This document shows, in pieces, positions 12,122 to 25,026 of a stretch of DNA of 64,000 nt. A model generated the notes under the pieces. It was not told the origin of the DNA. It made no database searches and saw only the letters and a program-made list of their open reading frames with translations. The stretch spans positions 683,803 to 747,802 of the forward strand of contig ML996687.1 of NCBI GenBank assembly GCA_010356995.1, in the 5' to 3' direction. The translations under genes were made by a program, and so were the position numbers. The number at the start of each line of letters is the position of its first letter. Positions within the stretch are counted from its first letter, which is position 1. The stretch comes from Trichodelitschia bisporula. Lineage: Eukaryota.

Positions 12122-14206
12122 CTAGGCAGCGATCGTAGTCTTCTCAACCCAGTAGACAACAGCCTCTCCATCCTTCTTGGAGCCAACGCGCCAACCGCCG
12201 TCACTACGCACATGGATGTGAGTGTAATTGCCGGCAGTCATAGCTTCAGCCCCGTGATCACCACCATGCTGATGACCTTCATGGCACTGCATCAGCCGAT
12301 AGGTGCTGCCATCGCCGGACCACGCCTCCAGGAGCGCATCATCCGGGAACGTGTTGTAGTCGTAGCCATGATTCTCAAGAACCGGGAACTCGTGGTAGCG
12401 CGTGAGTTCAACGTCGGCGAAGTTGTGCATCTTGGGATCGGCATTGTACCCAGAGATGGCGTGCGCGTTCGCAATGTTCAGGTCGCGGTACATGCCGACG
12501 ACTACCTGCTGGGAGTGATTCTCCGAGGCGCCCAGGCGGTAGACGATGTAGAGAATGTCATCGAAGTCGCCATCAACAACGTCGCTGAACTTAGCGGCCT
12601 TCTTGGTCTTGCTGCGCTTCTTGGATGTGATGGGCGAGAAGCCCTCGGTGTCTAAGTTGCAGAGTTTATGGCCGAGCGCGAGCCACTCCTGGAGCGTCAT
12701 GTTCTTCGGCGAGACAAGTGTCGGAGAGGAGGCAGAGTTCTGGGAGACCGAGTCGTCGAAGCCGATAGAGTCATTTTCGGAGTCCCAGTAGATGACCTGA
12801 CGCGACTAACTGATGTTAGCTTGTTCTCTGGTCTATGCTCAGGGGAATGAGACTGACCTTCTTGCTGGAACTAATGACCTTCTCCTTGCCTTTGGCCTTG
12901 GATTTCTTACCATGATTCTTGGACTGCTGAGCGACGAACTGTTTCTGTCAGCCATGTGTTCCTTAACGAATACAAAAAGTTTAAGAGAGAGTTAAAAGAC
13001 CTTTTCGTCATCAGCCGGTGAAAACCGAACCCAGGAAGGATCATCCGAGCTAGAGTCATTCGAAGCAGCAGCACGACGGCTAGGACCTACGTTGCTATGA
13101 ATCTGGTGCTCCACATCGTCGGCGTTGTACCGAGCCTTGCCTTTGCCGGTACGAGGGACTTGAAGGCACGGGTAGCCAAAGCCACTACGGGTAAGGCCGG
13201 GACAATCGGTCGAACCACAGTTGTCGCAGGCATCCGCGCATGTAGGCTGCTCGTATAATATGTTAGGCTTGTTTTTGATGTTGGTCGCATCGTAGCCACC
13301 GTCTGTCAAGCTCAGGGAAGACTCCGAGCCAACAGGGGTGCACCCCGGAGGATGGAAAACAACGGGTATATTCATCTTCACGGGCCCGTTCTGAAAGCTG
13401 AGCCCGCACGGCGCAGTGATCTCCAAGTAGGACGCAGTGTCTGACACGGCCGGAGAAGGGTTGCCGAGGCCGTGAGTCGGAGCAGGTCCCCAGATGTTTT
13501 CGAAGTTCTCCTGCGCCTCCTCCTGAGAGATGAGAGCCTCCGGCTGCGCAGGAGCATCGCGAACAACGGGAACCTGCCTCGGCGCAGTATAGCCAGTACG
13601 AGACATGAGCCGAGCACGCTGGAGTGTGTCGATATCGACGGGCGGCTTCCCAACAGGGCGACTAACGGAAGGTTTCTGATGGTCCATTGAACTAACCTCA
13701 CTATCAGCCTCAGCGGCGGGGCGATCACGCGCGATGATCTCGAGCCACGCAGCCTCCTTAGCAGCGATCTCAGCCTCTTCTTCCTCCGCCTTGCGGCGCA
13801 TGTTGTCCATCTTGGCCTTATCAGCGTCGACGCGAGCCTGGCGGCGCTTCTGCTTGGCAATGACCGCATCCGTGATGGCCTGCTGTTCAGCTTCGAACTG
13901 AGCACGACGCTGCATCTCTTCGGCGAGACGATCAGCCTTGATGATCTCCGCGAGCTGCTTCTCTTGCTTGGCAACACGCTTCGCCTCGCGCGCGGCCTCT
14001 GCCTCAAAGATGGGCTCCATGACGTCGAGGTGCCGCAGGATGGCGGTGACGTTCGTTTTCTGGCCGGGAGGACGCGACGGCCCAGCTTCGACCTCGTCGT
14101 CGTAGTCCTCGGCGAACTTGACCGACTTCTTGATCTTGGAAGACTTTGCAGACTTCTTGCCCTTAGGCTTCGGAGGAGGCGAGTTGTAGCGCGAGCTACG
14201 GCCCAT
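12122..14206 (-). CDS. Hypothetical protein (coiled-coil N-terminus, Cys cluster, globular C-terminal domain); ORFs 12992-14284 and 12122-12700 probably form one spliced gene
   Basis: Phase-0 introns at about 13030-12939 (GTTCGG...GCTGAC..CAG; alternative donor at about 13000) and 12857-12797 (GTCAGT...GCTAAC..CAG) connect the ORFs through a Lys-rich exon (KKSKAKGKEKVISSSKK). No family recognised. Confidence 0.6.
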
Positions 14207-15098
14207 TGTCCCTTGGTGCCTGAAGGTTTTTGGAGTTCGAGATGCGCTCACAAAAGCTGTAGGACCCTGCAACAAGAGTCGCAAGGGGAAGACGTCCGTA
14301 GACGGTTGCTCACAAAAGCTAAAGGGGGTGCCGTTAGGCAGACTTGTCGAAAAACGTACTGATTATGATGTTAGTGATTGTTGTTATAACTGAAAGTGTT
14401 TGGTATAGCGCTCTCAATTTGGATGAGAATGATCAATGTGAAGGCAAACTTGAAGGCAATGTATAGGGGCAGTTGGGAGCGTGAAGGTGAAGTGCAACAT
14501 GCTGATGGGAATGCTCCAACAGCAAACGCGGCTATTGCGCCCCTGAGCCAAAAGGGGTACTGTGATGAGGAGTTGATCTGTACTTACAAGGCGCGATATG
14601 CACCTGGCTTCAAAGAAGCGGAACGTGGGGGTAAACGGTGGGAAACAATCGGGAGCGGATGGTGGAGACAGTATGGGGGAGCGGAAGTGATGATGTTGTG
14701 GTTTGGGTTTGAGTTGAGGATGGAAAGTTGACCTTTATGCCCCTCGAGGTGTTTTCTTGGCTGGAAGAATGGTGAGGGCTTGGCTGGGAAAATGATGAGA
14801 CTGGAGAGATCTTGAGAGAAGGTGGTGGTAACTATAAAGCTTGGGCGCTGAGTTCTGCCGATTGTGTCTGAACATCGGGACATCTCGTCTCTCCATCCCT
14901 TTTTGGCAACCTTTGCCAAGGCACGTCAGGAGCACGCCCCAGAGGGCAGGAGCCGACAAAGAGTAGAAACTCCGGAGATATCCGAGATAAGTCGAGTAAC
15001 GCAGCATATACAGGGCTAGTAGCATGCGTAGCCTAGGCAACGCCCACTGGGTGAGCTTTGGTTGTTGGTAGATGTCTGTGAGTATATGAAGTCTAGTT

Positions 15099-17231
15099 CT
15101 AGTAGGACCGCTTTGCGAGTGGGACAGACTGAGAAAAGTTAGCATGGCTCTGCGAGGACCTGGCTCACTCACAGCGCATTCGTTTTCATCCAGCGTCTTC
15201 ATCACTACCGCCCGACTCCCCACCTCAACCTTATCCCCCACATCCTTCTGCCATGTCAAGCTGTGCTTCAACCACTGCTGATCATCTCGCTCAGGATAGT
15301 CTTCTCTCGCATGGCTTCCACGGCTCTCCTTCCTCTCCAACGCTGCCCGCACCGTTTGCGCCGCATTCGTCAACAGATTCCTCGTCTCCAGGGTCTCAAT
15401 CAGATCCGAGTTCCAAATCAAGCTCTTATCCCGCACCCCGAGCTCGGTATTGAACTTCCCCTCAATCGCCGTCAGCCTCTCCACTCCTGAAGCCAGGCTC
15501 TCCTCTGTGCGGAACACCGCCGACTCCATCTGCATCGTCCGCTGCATCGCTTCACGGATCTGCGCTGCGCCGCTCGGGCCATCGCTCCGGCGCACGCGAT
15601 CCAGATCCTCGAAGGAATCCATACCGACGGACTCAGGTACCTTGTCAACGGATAGTGGCATGCCTGGCTCGTTGTTGGCGGCAATGTCAAGGGCGCATGC
15701 TCTGCCGAAAACGACAATGTCGAGCAGCGAATTGGCGCCAAGGCGATTGGCACCGTGTACGCTCACGCAGGCGGCCTCGCCTGCAGCGTACAACCCGGGA
15801 ACGGCCTTCTCAGTACCGGTGACGGGATCGACAGCTAGGACGTGACCCTTGTAGTTCGTAGGGATACCGCCCATACAGTAATGCACAGTAGGCCTTTTCG
15901 TTAGCTAAAGATCTGCACCAGTACGGCGACTTACAAAACGGGAATCGGCTCGCGGGTGATATCGATGCCTGCGAAGATTGAGGCCGTCTCAGCAATGCCA
16001 GGGAGCCGGTTATGAATAATCTCCGCTGGAAGATGAGACAGCTGAAGGTAGATGTGGTCCTTGTCTGGACCCACGCCGCGACCCTCGCGAATCTCCATGT
16101 TCATGCTCCGGCTGACGACGTCGCGGCTCGCCAGGTCACGGGCAGTAGGCGCATAGCGCTCCATGAACCGCTCGCCCTCGCTATTGATCAGATATCCGCC
16201 TTCGCCGCGTGCGCCCTCCGTAATCAGCACCCCGGCACCGTAGATGCCGCTCGGGTGGAATTGCACGAACTCCATGTCTTGCAGCGGTAGGCCTGCGCGG
16301 GATGCCATGGCGCTGCCGTCTCCGGTACTGGTATGCGCGCTGGTGGCTGAGAAGTACGCTCGTCCATAACCTCCAGTAGCAAGAATTGTGTTCCTGGCGA
16401 AGAGGCGATGAAGCGTCCCATCTTCCATACTGATCGCCGTGATGCCTACGCACTTTCCTTCACTCATCATCAGGTCCAGCGCGAACCACTCGACCATAAA
16501 CTTGCAGTCATGCTTGAGGCTTAAACCGTACAGCGTATGGAGCATGGCATGTCCCGTCCGGTCCGCAGCGCAAGCTGTGCGGTGGCCTTGCCCTCCTTTG
16601 CCAAAGCGCTGGCTCTGGCCGCCGATGGGACGCTGATAGATGGTGCCCTCTTCGGTGCGCGAAAAGGGCATACCGTAGTTTTCGAGCTCTGCCACGGCGG
16701 CAATCGCCTCACGGGTCATGTAGTGGATCGCATCTTGGTCACCGAGCCAATCGGAACCTTTGACGGTGTCGTAGTGGTGCCATTCGAAGTGGTCCTCATG
16801 CATGTTACCCAGGGCGGCATTGATACCGCCTTGAGCTGCCACGGTGTGGGAGCGAGTTGGAAACTGGGCTGTCAGTATGTAAGACACTGAGCACTGGGAT
16901 TATCTACCAGTTTCGTTATGCATGCAGTGTTGAAGCCTGCCTCTGTTAGGCCAACTGCTGCACGCAAGCCAGCTCCGCCAGCTCCGACGACGAGGGCACT
17001 GGAACAGTGATAAGCAGTCAATTCAGCGCTTCTTGCAGTCAATTCAACCGCTGTCACAAGCACCTACTCGTAATGATGATCTACCACAGGTACTGGCTTG
17101 TCTGCCTTCAGGGTTGACTGAACTGCGTTCTGTCGTACTCCATCCGTCACCAGCGTTCGTCTCTGCGTCGTCCTGAATCCAAGCTGCCCCGCCCGGCGCA
17201 AAGAGCCCAATTGGGCTCCCAAAAGCCGCAT
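15099..17231 (-). CDS. SDH1: Succinate dehydrogenase flavoprotein subunit (divergent SDH1/SdhA-type paralog), mitochondrial; 4 introns
   Basis: Arg-rich presequence; VVGAGGAG; covalent-FAD motif [70 protein letters not shown]; spliced end SVPLAKRSY*. Confidence 0.95.
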
Positions 17232-17853
17232 CGTGTCAATAAGGTTAGGTGAAAGGATAGAAGAGGATACATTGCGGCTCTTTTCTCCATAGCGAAGATG
17301 CGGATTTAACAGCACACCAGCACCAATTGCCGACCCCGCAATATCAGCAGCTAACGACGACACGAGCTGACTTGCAGCTTTGACAGACAGTCGGGAATTC
17401 GATCTCCGGCGGGAATAAACCCGCGGGGCAAGGTACAGTACGGAGGCCAAGCTTCATGCACCCCCTTGAAGTTGGTGGCAGATGCGGCGGAAGCCTTTCC
17501 GCTTTCCGGGGGGCCTTTACCCCTGTCCGTGGGGTTGTCCGTAGGCGATAACGGAGGAAACTGATTCGCCACAACTTTTGATCCTTTTCAACCAACACAG
17601 CTTTCTACTACCTCAAGTGACTTCGTCCCCAGCTGTGACGGACAATTGGCCTTTTAATCACAATGCTTTCTTTTCCCGCCTCCATCTCCTGTTCGTACTG
17701 ACCGCATTGCGGGGAAATTGGCATAAAAGCGTGCTACATCCGTCTCCACTCCGCGTCCGGTACCCTATCCGTGTGTGGAGTCTTCGTTTCCCCCGCTCTG
17801 CATTCCGCTAGCCCTTCTCTTCACATGTTGACAGGTTTTCGGCCTCTCCAGTA

Positions 17854-19608
17854 ATGTCAGCTCCTAGCTCCATCCCTACCCACATCCAGACGACAGCACC
17901 TGTCGAGCTCGATTTCGCCATCCGCTACATCAACGGCTACCTCGAAGCTGCCAAACCTCAACCGGATCTTAGCCCAGAAGCTCCTCCCGAGGGTGAAGCA
18001 CGCATCGGAGCCGACAGTAGAGGACGGGTCATGACGCTCGTCGAGCGGATACGCGAAAACGCGCAGGTTGACGCGCTTCCGTCAATGGAATGTGGGGGGC
18101 GGCACGGAGACCTGGGGCAACCCGTGGAAAACAAAGATGCAATCCACGAATCAAACAAAATTACCAGCCCGCGAAAAAGCAGCATCAAAAGGAAGAGATC
18201 TGAAGCTGCAACGTTGCTAGAAGAAGCTTCAAGGCTTTCAATACCAAAAGAAGACAATTCGAAGCCTCTTGCTGAACCGGGCCTGAAACCGAGCCCACCA
18301 GAGAGCCACACGATCGAGTTGACAATCGCTAACGATATCCGTTCTCAGCCCGTCAACGCAGAGAGAATCCAGCCACCAGAAGACAGCCTCCGCACTCCCC
18401 CTATGGACCAACTTGGCAATCGCCAGTCCAAAAAGCGGCGCCGGGCACGCGCTACGCAAGGCGCTGATGAGCCCAACCACGAGCCGAAGCCGCGGCAGCG
18501 GCATGAAAGGCGACAATTGAAAAAATGGAAGAGAGAACTGAAGCAAGATCGAGATCATAAACTTGGCACGCCGGCGAAGTGCGTACCTGCTGACCGGAAT
18601 GGCTCCGGACGAACCCAAGAAGAACGCCTTGCCCTCCACAATGCGATACGTGCGAAGAAGAAGGAGAAGCGGAAGCAGAAAAAGGCCGCAAAGCGAGCCA
18701 AGATGAAATCGAAAACGGAGAGACCGGAGGAGTACAAGGAGAACCTATCGGCAACAGACAAACCGGCAGTGTCACAATTGCTCCTTCCAGAGCGTCGGAG
18801 AGCTGTTGCTGTCGTAATCCATTCGGCCTCAAGAAAGCACGTCTCCTTGCGAGCTGGACCGTCTCCATGGGGCGAGGATGTGCCGAAGGCTGTGAAGCAA
18901 GCGACCCCGCCACCGTCGCCGCGTGGTCCAACTTCACAACCTCCATCATTGGAGAGCCGCGAAGCTCTCCCGGGCACTCCAGCGTATGCCCCATTATCTC
19001 CCTCGCAGCCGCCGCATGATGCTTCCGGACTTTTCGACTCGCTCCTGCGCGAGCTGAGCAAATCAGCGGAATCCATTCCGCCAGCTCAGCCCGTTGTATC
19101 TGAAGAGCCTCCATCACCATCGCCTGCTGACAGAAGAAAGGTGCGTGTGCATTTTTCCGGTCTTGAGGACACTCCCGTCGCTTCTCAACGTGAGCTGCGT
19201 TCCGGAACACCGCGGGCGCGCAAGGCCAAGAAGAAAAGAGCCGTGTCCCTACCTTCGCTCGAGGATTCAGTGCTACCCTCGTCAGGTGTACCTAAGACGC
19301 CGGAGGAGTGTGTGGAGCGAGTCTCCATGATGAAGTCTCAAAAACAGGAGCTGTCTTCTCACCCAGCCTCGGAGGCCGACACGGAGAAGCAGGCCTTAGC
19401 CGATGCCACCGGACCGCAACCGCTAACTAGAAGCCCCTCTACTCCCTCCAAGCGCTCGGCAACTCAGGACGTCCCCACTCAGAAGCCCTCGCCAGGATCG
19501 CGATTCGGGATCACGCCCTTCCAGGAGTTGGGAATGGATCAGCCCGCTACCCAGGAGGACTTGGTTGGGCAGTTCTTGGGGCCTGAAGGCACGCTGTCGT
19601 TGTGGTAG
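17854..19608 (+). CDS. Hypothetical Lys/Pro/Ser-rich disordered protein with NLS-like basic tracts
   Basis: 584-codon ATG-initiated ORF divergent from the SDH gene; no recognisable domain. Confidence 0.7.
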   Translation: MSAPSSIPTHIQTTAPVELDFAIRYINGYLEAAKPQPDLSPEAPPEGEARIGADSRGRVMTLVERIRENAQVDALPSMECGGRHGDLGQPVENKDAIHESNKITSPRKSSIKRKRSEAATLLEEASRLSIPKEDNSKPLAEPGLKPSPPESHTIELTIANDIRSQPVNAERIQPPEDSLRTPPMDQLGNRQSKKRRRARATQGADEPNHEPKPRQRHERRQLKKWKRELKQDRDHKLGTPAKCVPADRNGSGRTQEERLALHNAIRAKKKEKRKQKKAAKRAKMKSKTERPEEYKENLSATDKPAVSQLLLPERRRAVAVVIHSASRKHVSLRAGPSPWGEDVPKAVKQATPPPSPRGPTSQPPSLESREALPGTPAYAPLSPSQPPHDASGLFDSLLRELSKSAESIPPAQPVVSEEPPSPSPADRRKVRVHFSGLEDTPVASQRELRSGTPRARKAKKKRAVSLPSLEDSVLPSSGVPKTPEECVERVSMMKSQKQELSSHPASEADTEKQALADATGPQPLTRSPSTPSKRSATQDVPTQKPSPGSRFGITPFQELGMDQPATQEDLVGQFLGPEGTLSLW

Positions 19609-21097
19609 TCATGATTCTTCTGTGTCATGTCTGTTGCTCTCAGGTTACGCGCTACTCGCGTGGTACGGGAGATCTAGGAAGGTTGCGAGCTGGTGGTCAG
19701 CGGCTCCTGGCTTCACTTAATGTAGCTCCTCCGCATTGCATCGGCGTCGGTGGGTTCATTTGATATGCGCGATAATAATCACATCATTGTGGAGAAATGA
19801 CCGTCGTAGCTTGTCAATCAAAGCCGCTTAAGACACCTCGCAGTCCTCGCTATTCGTAAGGGGGACTACCACCGCTATCGCTTGATTGCGCCAAAGGCAC
19901 AACACTCCACAGGTAGGCCTTAGGCGAGCCATGGATATTTACCTTCACATCCTGTCGCGGCATCGCCAACCCGTCGTAGTCTCCTCGACTCCATCCGACT
20001 AAAGGCATGACAGAGCTAACACCGGCGCAATGCATGCCAGGCACGTACTCGGTCTTCATAGCGCCCCGTGCCCCTCACGGCCGCAACCTGAACGAGCTTA
20101 TGACTTCCAATCGTTAGGGCACGGCTTCCGTATGGCTGCACCGGGCCGTCATACAGCCACCTCACTACCACCGTGTGCCAACTCCTCGTTCGAGGCTCGA
20201 AAGTGGCAGCATTGGGCCGATGCGAATCTCTTGAGCCACGAGAGAGCAGTAGCAGTCCCGCAGGTTCGACGCCGCACCCTCTGCGCTTCTGGAACGGTTT
20301 CAGCCTTGGATCGACGGTGTCGGTCGACCCGAATCGCCTGTCGTTTGTACGGCAAATCTCTCCCCAGCCTTGCCAGACCATGGGCACTGAACCAAGCTTA
20401 CTTTCCTCATCTCACCCAATGCAGGCTACGCTGCAAAGTCCATCACGCGTCGTCCTTCGGCCGGAAGGTACTATGCCTATAGCCTCGCCCAATATTCCTT
20501 GCCCTAGGATCCCAACCCCACAATTGATGTGCACGCGAGAGTCGTGAATCGCAGCCACCATCGCGGCTCCCCACGGCCGTAACGGGTCTCAAGTAGATCG
20601 CCTGCATGGTTCTCCGCAAATCATCGGCTAGTCTATCGAAAAAGGTCCATCAGTTGCCAGGTCGTTGACTTCACCAGATCAAGAGCCGCTGTGCTATTGG
20701 TACATCATACAGACCCGATATCAAACATCCCCAGGGCTGCATTGATGCTGCAATGTCCGCCCCGCGTATGTCCGCGCCTGAAGCACTTTACGCTCTACGG
20801 CGCGATATGCGTCGACCCGTACCAGCGGTGCTGGGTCGGGTGGCATAGACGCGTTGAGAGAAAGTCTAAGATATGTCCCGCAGACGACAGGAGAGCAGCG
20901 AATCTGGCGAACGTAGGCTCGGCCGGTGGCAGGTAAAGTACGAAGGGACTGGAGCGGCGGGAGTATAAGAAGCACAGCGCATGTGCGTCCGGAGGGCCAT
21001 CGTTCCAAGCACACCGTGTCTGATTACGAACCTGAATCGGTGAGTACTGCGAGAGTGGTGGGTGTACACTACTAACGACCGCAAGTCGCTCCTTACA

Positions 21098-21955
21098 ATG
21101 CGTCTCTCCCCCATCCTCACGCTCACGCTCGCGCTCGCCGGCCTCACCGCGGCAGGGACCTCCTTCCGGGCGGAGACGTACAGCCAGTCCGCCGGGTCTA
21201 CTGGGCCAGCCATAAAAGGCGCGCTCAACGCACTCACCCCGGCGCTGAAAGACCTCGACCAGGCAGTCGCAGCCCTCACACCCGCCAACGCGGCAACGCA
21301 AATCGACGTCATCGTCGCAAAAGGCAAAAAGCTGTCCGACGTAACCCTCGCGCAGGCCGCCAAAATACAGTCCTCAGGGCCAGTTGCCGGCGTCACAGAG
21401 CTCATCTCGCTCATCACCCCCGGGCTCGCAACGCTTCGCGCGCTGAACCAAACCCTCGTCGACATCGCGGCGAAAATGGACACGGTCAAGGGGTCGGGGC
21501 AGGTGGACAAGGTGACCGTGCTGATCAAGGATGCGAAGGCGCCGATATCAGCTCTGATCCAGGGGTTTATTAGCCAGGCCCCGCCGAGCACAAGCGCGAA
21601 TGCGCCGAAGTTGCCTGAAGGCGTCAAACTTCCCAGTGCTGCCGACCTGGATAAGCTCATTGACGGAGCGCTCGACCAGGCGGTTGCGATGTTCAAGGGC
21701 GAGGCGGCGAGCTTTACTATTCCACCGGATGTGCTGGCTGCGTTGCCCAAGTTTACGGGTGCGCCGGGCGGTGCGTCGGGAGCGGCGCCACCGGCTCCTA
21801 CGAGTGCGCCCGCTACGCCGGCGGCGGTGCCGAAGGCGAAAGGTGGAGCGGTACCGAAGGGAACGGCGAAGGGGACGGCGAAGGGGACGGCGAAGGGGAA
21901 GGGCACGCCTGTGAAGGGGCCGGAGGTGATGGGCTTTTGGGCAGACGAGGAGTAG
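21098..21955 (+). CDS. Secreted HsbA / Mp1p-like cell-wall protein with Ala/Pro linker and (KGTA)n tail; probable 5'UTR intron 21040-21085
   Basis: Signal peptide MRLSPILTLTLALAGLTAA; amphipathic helical region (LKDLDQAVAAL...AAKIQSSGPV...LVDIAAK) typical of HsbA; TATA-like element near 20963; GTGAGT..ACTAAC..AAG intron before the ATG. Confidence 0.75.
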   Translation: MRLSPILTLTLALAGLTAAGTSFRAETYSQSAGSTGPAIKGALNALTPALKDLDQAVAALTPANAATQIDVIVAKGKKLSDVTLAQAAKIQSSGPVAGVTELISLITPGLATLRALNQTLVDIAAKMDTVKGSGQVDKVTVLIKDAKAPISALIQGFISQAPPSTSANAPKLPEGVKLPSAADLDKLIDGALDQAVAMFKGEAASFTIPPDVLAALPKFTGAPGGASGAAPPAPTSAPATPAAVPKAKGGAVPKGTAKGTAKGTAKGKGTPVKGPEVMGFWADEE

Positions 21956-24900
21956 GTGGTGATGGAGTAGTGCTTGCATATTGTGCCTGTCCGTAATGAA
22001 GAGTGCTGTGGGCACTTTTGTGTTGGTTTTTAGTGATTATGTCAATGATGATGTGAGCGTCGTGCAGTTGATGATGTGGACTGAGGAAGGAGCATTGGTA
22101 GTCTTAAAGGGGCATTTCTGCCTGGGGAAGTGACAGAGGAGAAGTCTGGAAGGAGGCCCTGGGAGGCTATGGGGCAAGCAATGTATCTGGATATGAGAGG
22201 TCCCGCCGCCTACCTTTCTCTCCCGTTCCACTTTCAATCATGCGCTCGTTGCTTTGCACACATGCTGTGGTGATGCTCCTATGAGTTGAGGGCTATGCTG
22301 GGTGCTTCAGCACGGATTCCTGATTTGGGGGGAACTCAGTACATGTCTGTGTGGTACCGCAGTGCAATATCCACTGCCCCTCCAAGATGTGAGTTGGCAT
22401 CTCCGTCCGCCGTGCTCGTCGTGGTTTATAAATTAGCTTGCGCATTGCTTCAGCGACGTCACTAGCTATCGAAGCGAACGAACTTTACCCGACCAGCGTG
22501 AAAGTCAGGGAAAATAGATCAAATGCGATATCATCCCTTTCCTATGAATACCAGGTCATCAGAGGAGACTCATTGCCAACGAAACAAGGGATGGACCAGG
22601 CAGGGCATCCTCGGATTACCAAAACTTTATGGATGCCGATGTCCTTAGTGGAGCATGAATACCAGCGCCACAGAGACCGGATCCCAGTTAGCCCGACCGG
22701 CAGCTCGAACCCAGAGAAACTTGTCGTCCAAACAACCCCCTCCCGCAGCTCAGACAATAAACAGGGGCAACATCCCTCCCTAGGAATTATCATCGACCTC
22801 CAGGCCTCTCGAAAGCAGCTGTACCCACACCCTACTGCCCTGCCACTGAACCGGCAATCCGCCCAGGGGGAGAGGGGGCAATTTTAATCGCAGGATCCTC
22901 GAAAACTCTCTCGGTCGGAAGGCGTGCGAGTAACGAGTCCACCCGGGCTGTGTTGTGACAGATCACACCGGTCTCGTCGGCCACGGAGACGGTGAGAGAG
23001 GGGGATACAACGCGGGTACGGCGTCGCTGGCTGTGCAGGTACGCTGGATTGAGGTTCCGACGTCGTAGCAACGCGGCCATGGCCTCGCGGGAGCGTCAGC
23101 GTATTGCGCGACAGCATCCACTGCCAACCACGTGCGTCGCCAGCAGCCAACCGCCGCCAGTCAGCCTGTGCATGCCACAAAACATGATACGCCGTCGCGC
23201 AGCTTGCTCTGAATCGCGCACACCACCACCACCAGCCCTAAAAACGCAGGTCAAACGGGCGCAACCAGCTACCCCAAGCACTCACGCCGCTCCAACAGGA
23301 AAGTGTGAACGGCTCGACTAAGCGCGCCTAGGCACTGGGCTATCATCACTGGACGGACCAGCCTCCGTGGAGTTTATTTTCCTCTCATTCCAGGGCAGGC
23401 GAACGACCGAGCGTGCCAGGTTTTCGTGCGATCGGCACCAGGGGCCAGGAACCGCAAGGGAGGGGTGGGGCGATGGGCAGAGTGAGATGACAGCATGGCG
23501 CTGTGAACCTTCTTAGTGGTGAGATGACAACATGCCGCAATGCAACTTTTGCGGTCCGATCATCGCGAGCGAGTGGGCAGGAAGAGGTGGTCCTGCGCAA
23601 GTGCAGAAGACCGGCTTGTCCGAGGACAGGACTTGTGGATGTGCGGGATACGGCTCGCGCACGGCCCATCGAACGATGCCTTAAGTTTTCTTCTTCTTCT
23701 TCTTCCCCTCTCTCAGTCATCATGATGACCGCCGATCCCGGCCACGTACATTGCGAATACGAGCCCGCAGGACCATTGAGCGCGGCACTGGGGGCACCAC
23801 GGCGGGGTAGCACGACACGCGGTGCTGTGCTTGTGTTTACTCGGGGATTGAAGGAGAGACGACGACAACAAAACAATACCTGTGGCGTATGCAAAGGAAT
23901 GTTTGCACAAACGCATTGACGATGGCGAGAAACACGCCCAGTCGTCCAAATAAGCATCCGCCGCCCTACACAAAATGCCCACGTCAACCGCCGCCTATCA
24001 ACACCAACCACCGCCTATCGCCGCAAGGACAACCACAACGCCGTGAACGCCTCTCCCCATCGCATAAACAAACCTTCGGCAAAAGACACACACACAAGGC
24101 TGTTCCGCCCTCGCCCAGTCGCCGCCCTATGGCACGGTACGCCGTTATGTAAACCCCTCACCTGGCATGGCCTCCCCGCAATAATGCACCAAAAACAGCA
24201 CACAATCGATAGTCCCACTTCCCCCGCATCCCAAGCCCCACAACAGGGCTAGCGCCAATAACGCCACGCATGGCCGCCGCACCCGCAGCCTTCCCACTGC
24301 AGCCTCGCCACAGGGGCGGCATGGCCAACCAGGCGGCGTGCATGTCAAGCAACTCGCTCCCCGTGGGCTGGGTTCCCATCCTCCCGAGAGTCGGGTGGTG
24401 CAATGTCGACGGGCGTGCTGCCGCATGGGGATTGCAGAGTGGTTCCGAGGGTGCAGGCCGCAGGCCGTAGTGTGTGTGGTGCTTGCGCGCCATCGCCATA
24501 GTCCACTAGTTCTAGCTAATGGCATGCTCGCCAGCCAGTCAATGGGTACTAGTATGGCTGCCTTCCATCATCAGCTAATGGCATGCACGTCGGCCTCGCC
24601 TCCGGGCTTGTTGCGCTGGGCCTTGGGCTCTGTGCGTCAGCACGCCTCGTGCGCACGAGGTTGCACCGAACCTGCCGTGGTGCCGGTCGTGGCAACGGAT
24701 GGATCAGGTTGGGTAGGGTGTTGGCGAGGAGATCGCGAGCTGGGCATTGGCAGGGTGATCGCCAGCTGGGCAGTTGAATCGCACCTTGCTCCGGTGTGTG
24801 TCATGCCATACAGCCCATAGCCCGGTCCCCACCAACCACTCGCCGGCAAGACAAGGCTCATCCCCAGCCTCGAGAAACCCTCCACCCCTTCTCCCCACAA

Positions 24901-25026
24901 AGAAAAGAGGGTATATATCCCTTCCCCTCCATCCTTCCCACCTCCTTCTCCAGCCGCACGCTCCCAGCATCAATCCACCCGTATCGCTACTCCCACACGT
25001 TCGTTCCGTCACTCGCTACAGCAGCA

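Noticed and set aside
20255..20285. GGTTCGA as a possible tRNA T-loop (also near 10303)
   Set aside because: No T-stem, acceptor stem or D-arm complementarity.
20866..21906. 346-aa minus-strand ORF with PFAV repeats
   Set aside because: Mirror of the HsbA-like gene and its KGTA repeat; the plus strand has the signal peptide, TATA and UTR intron.
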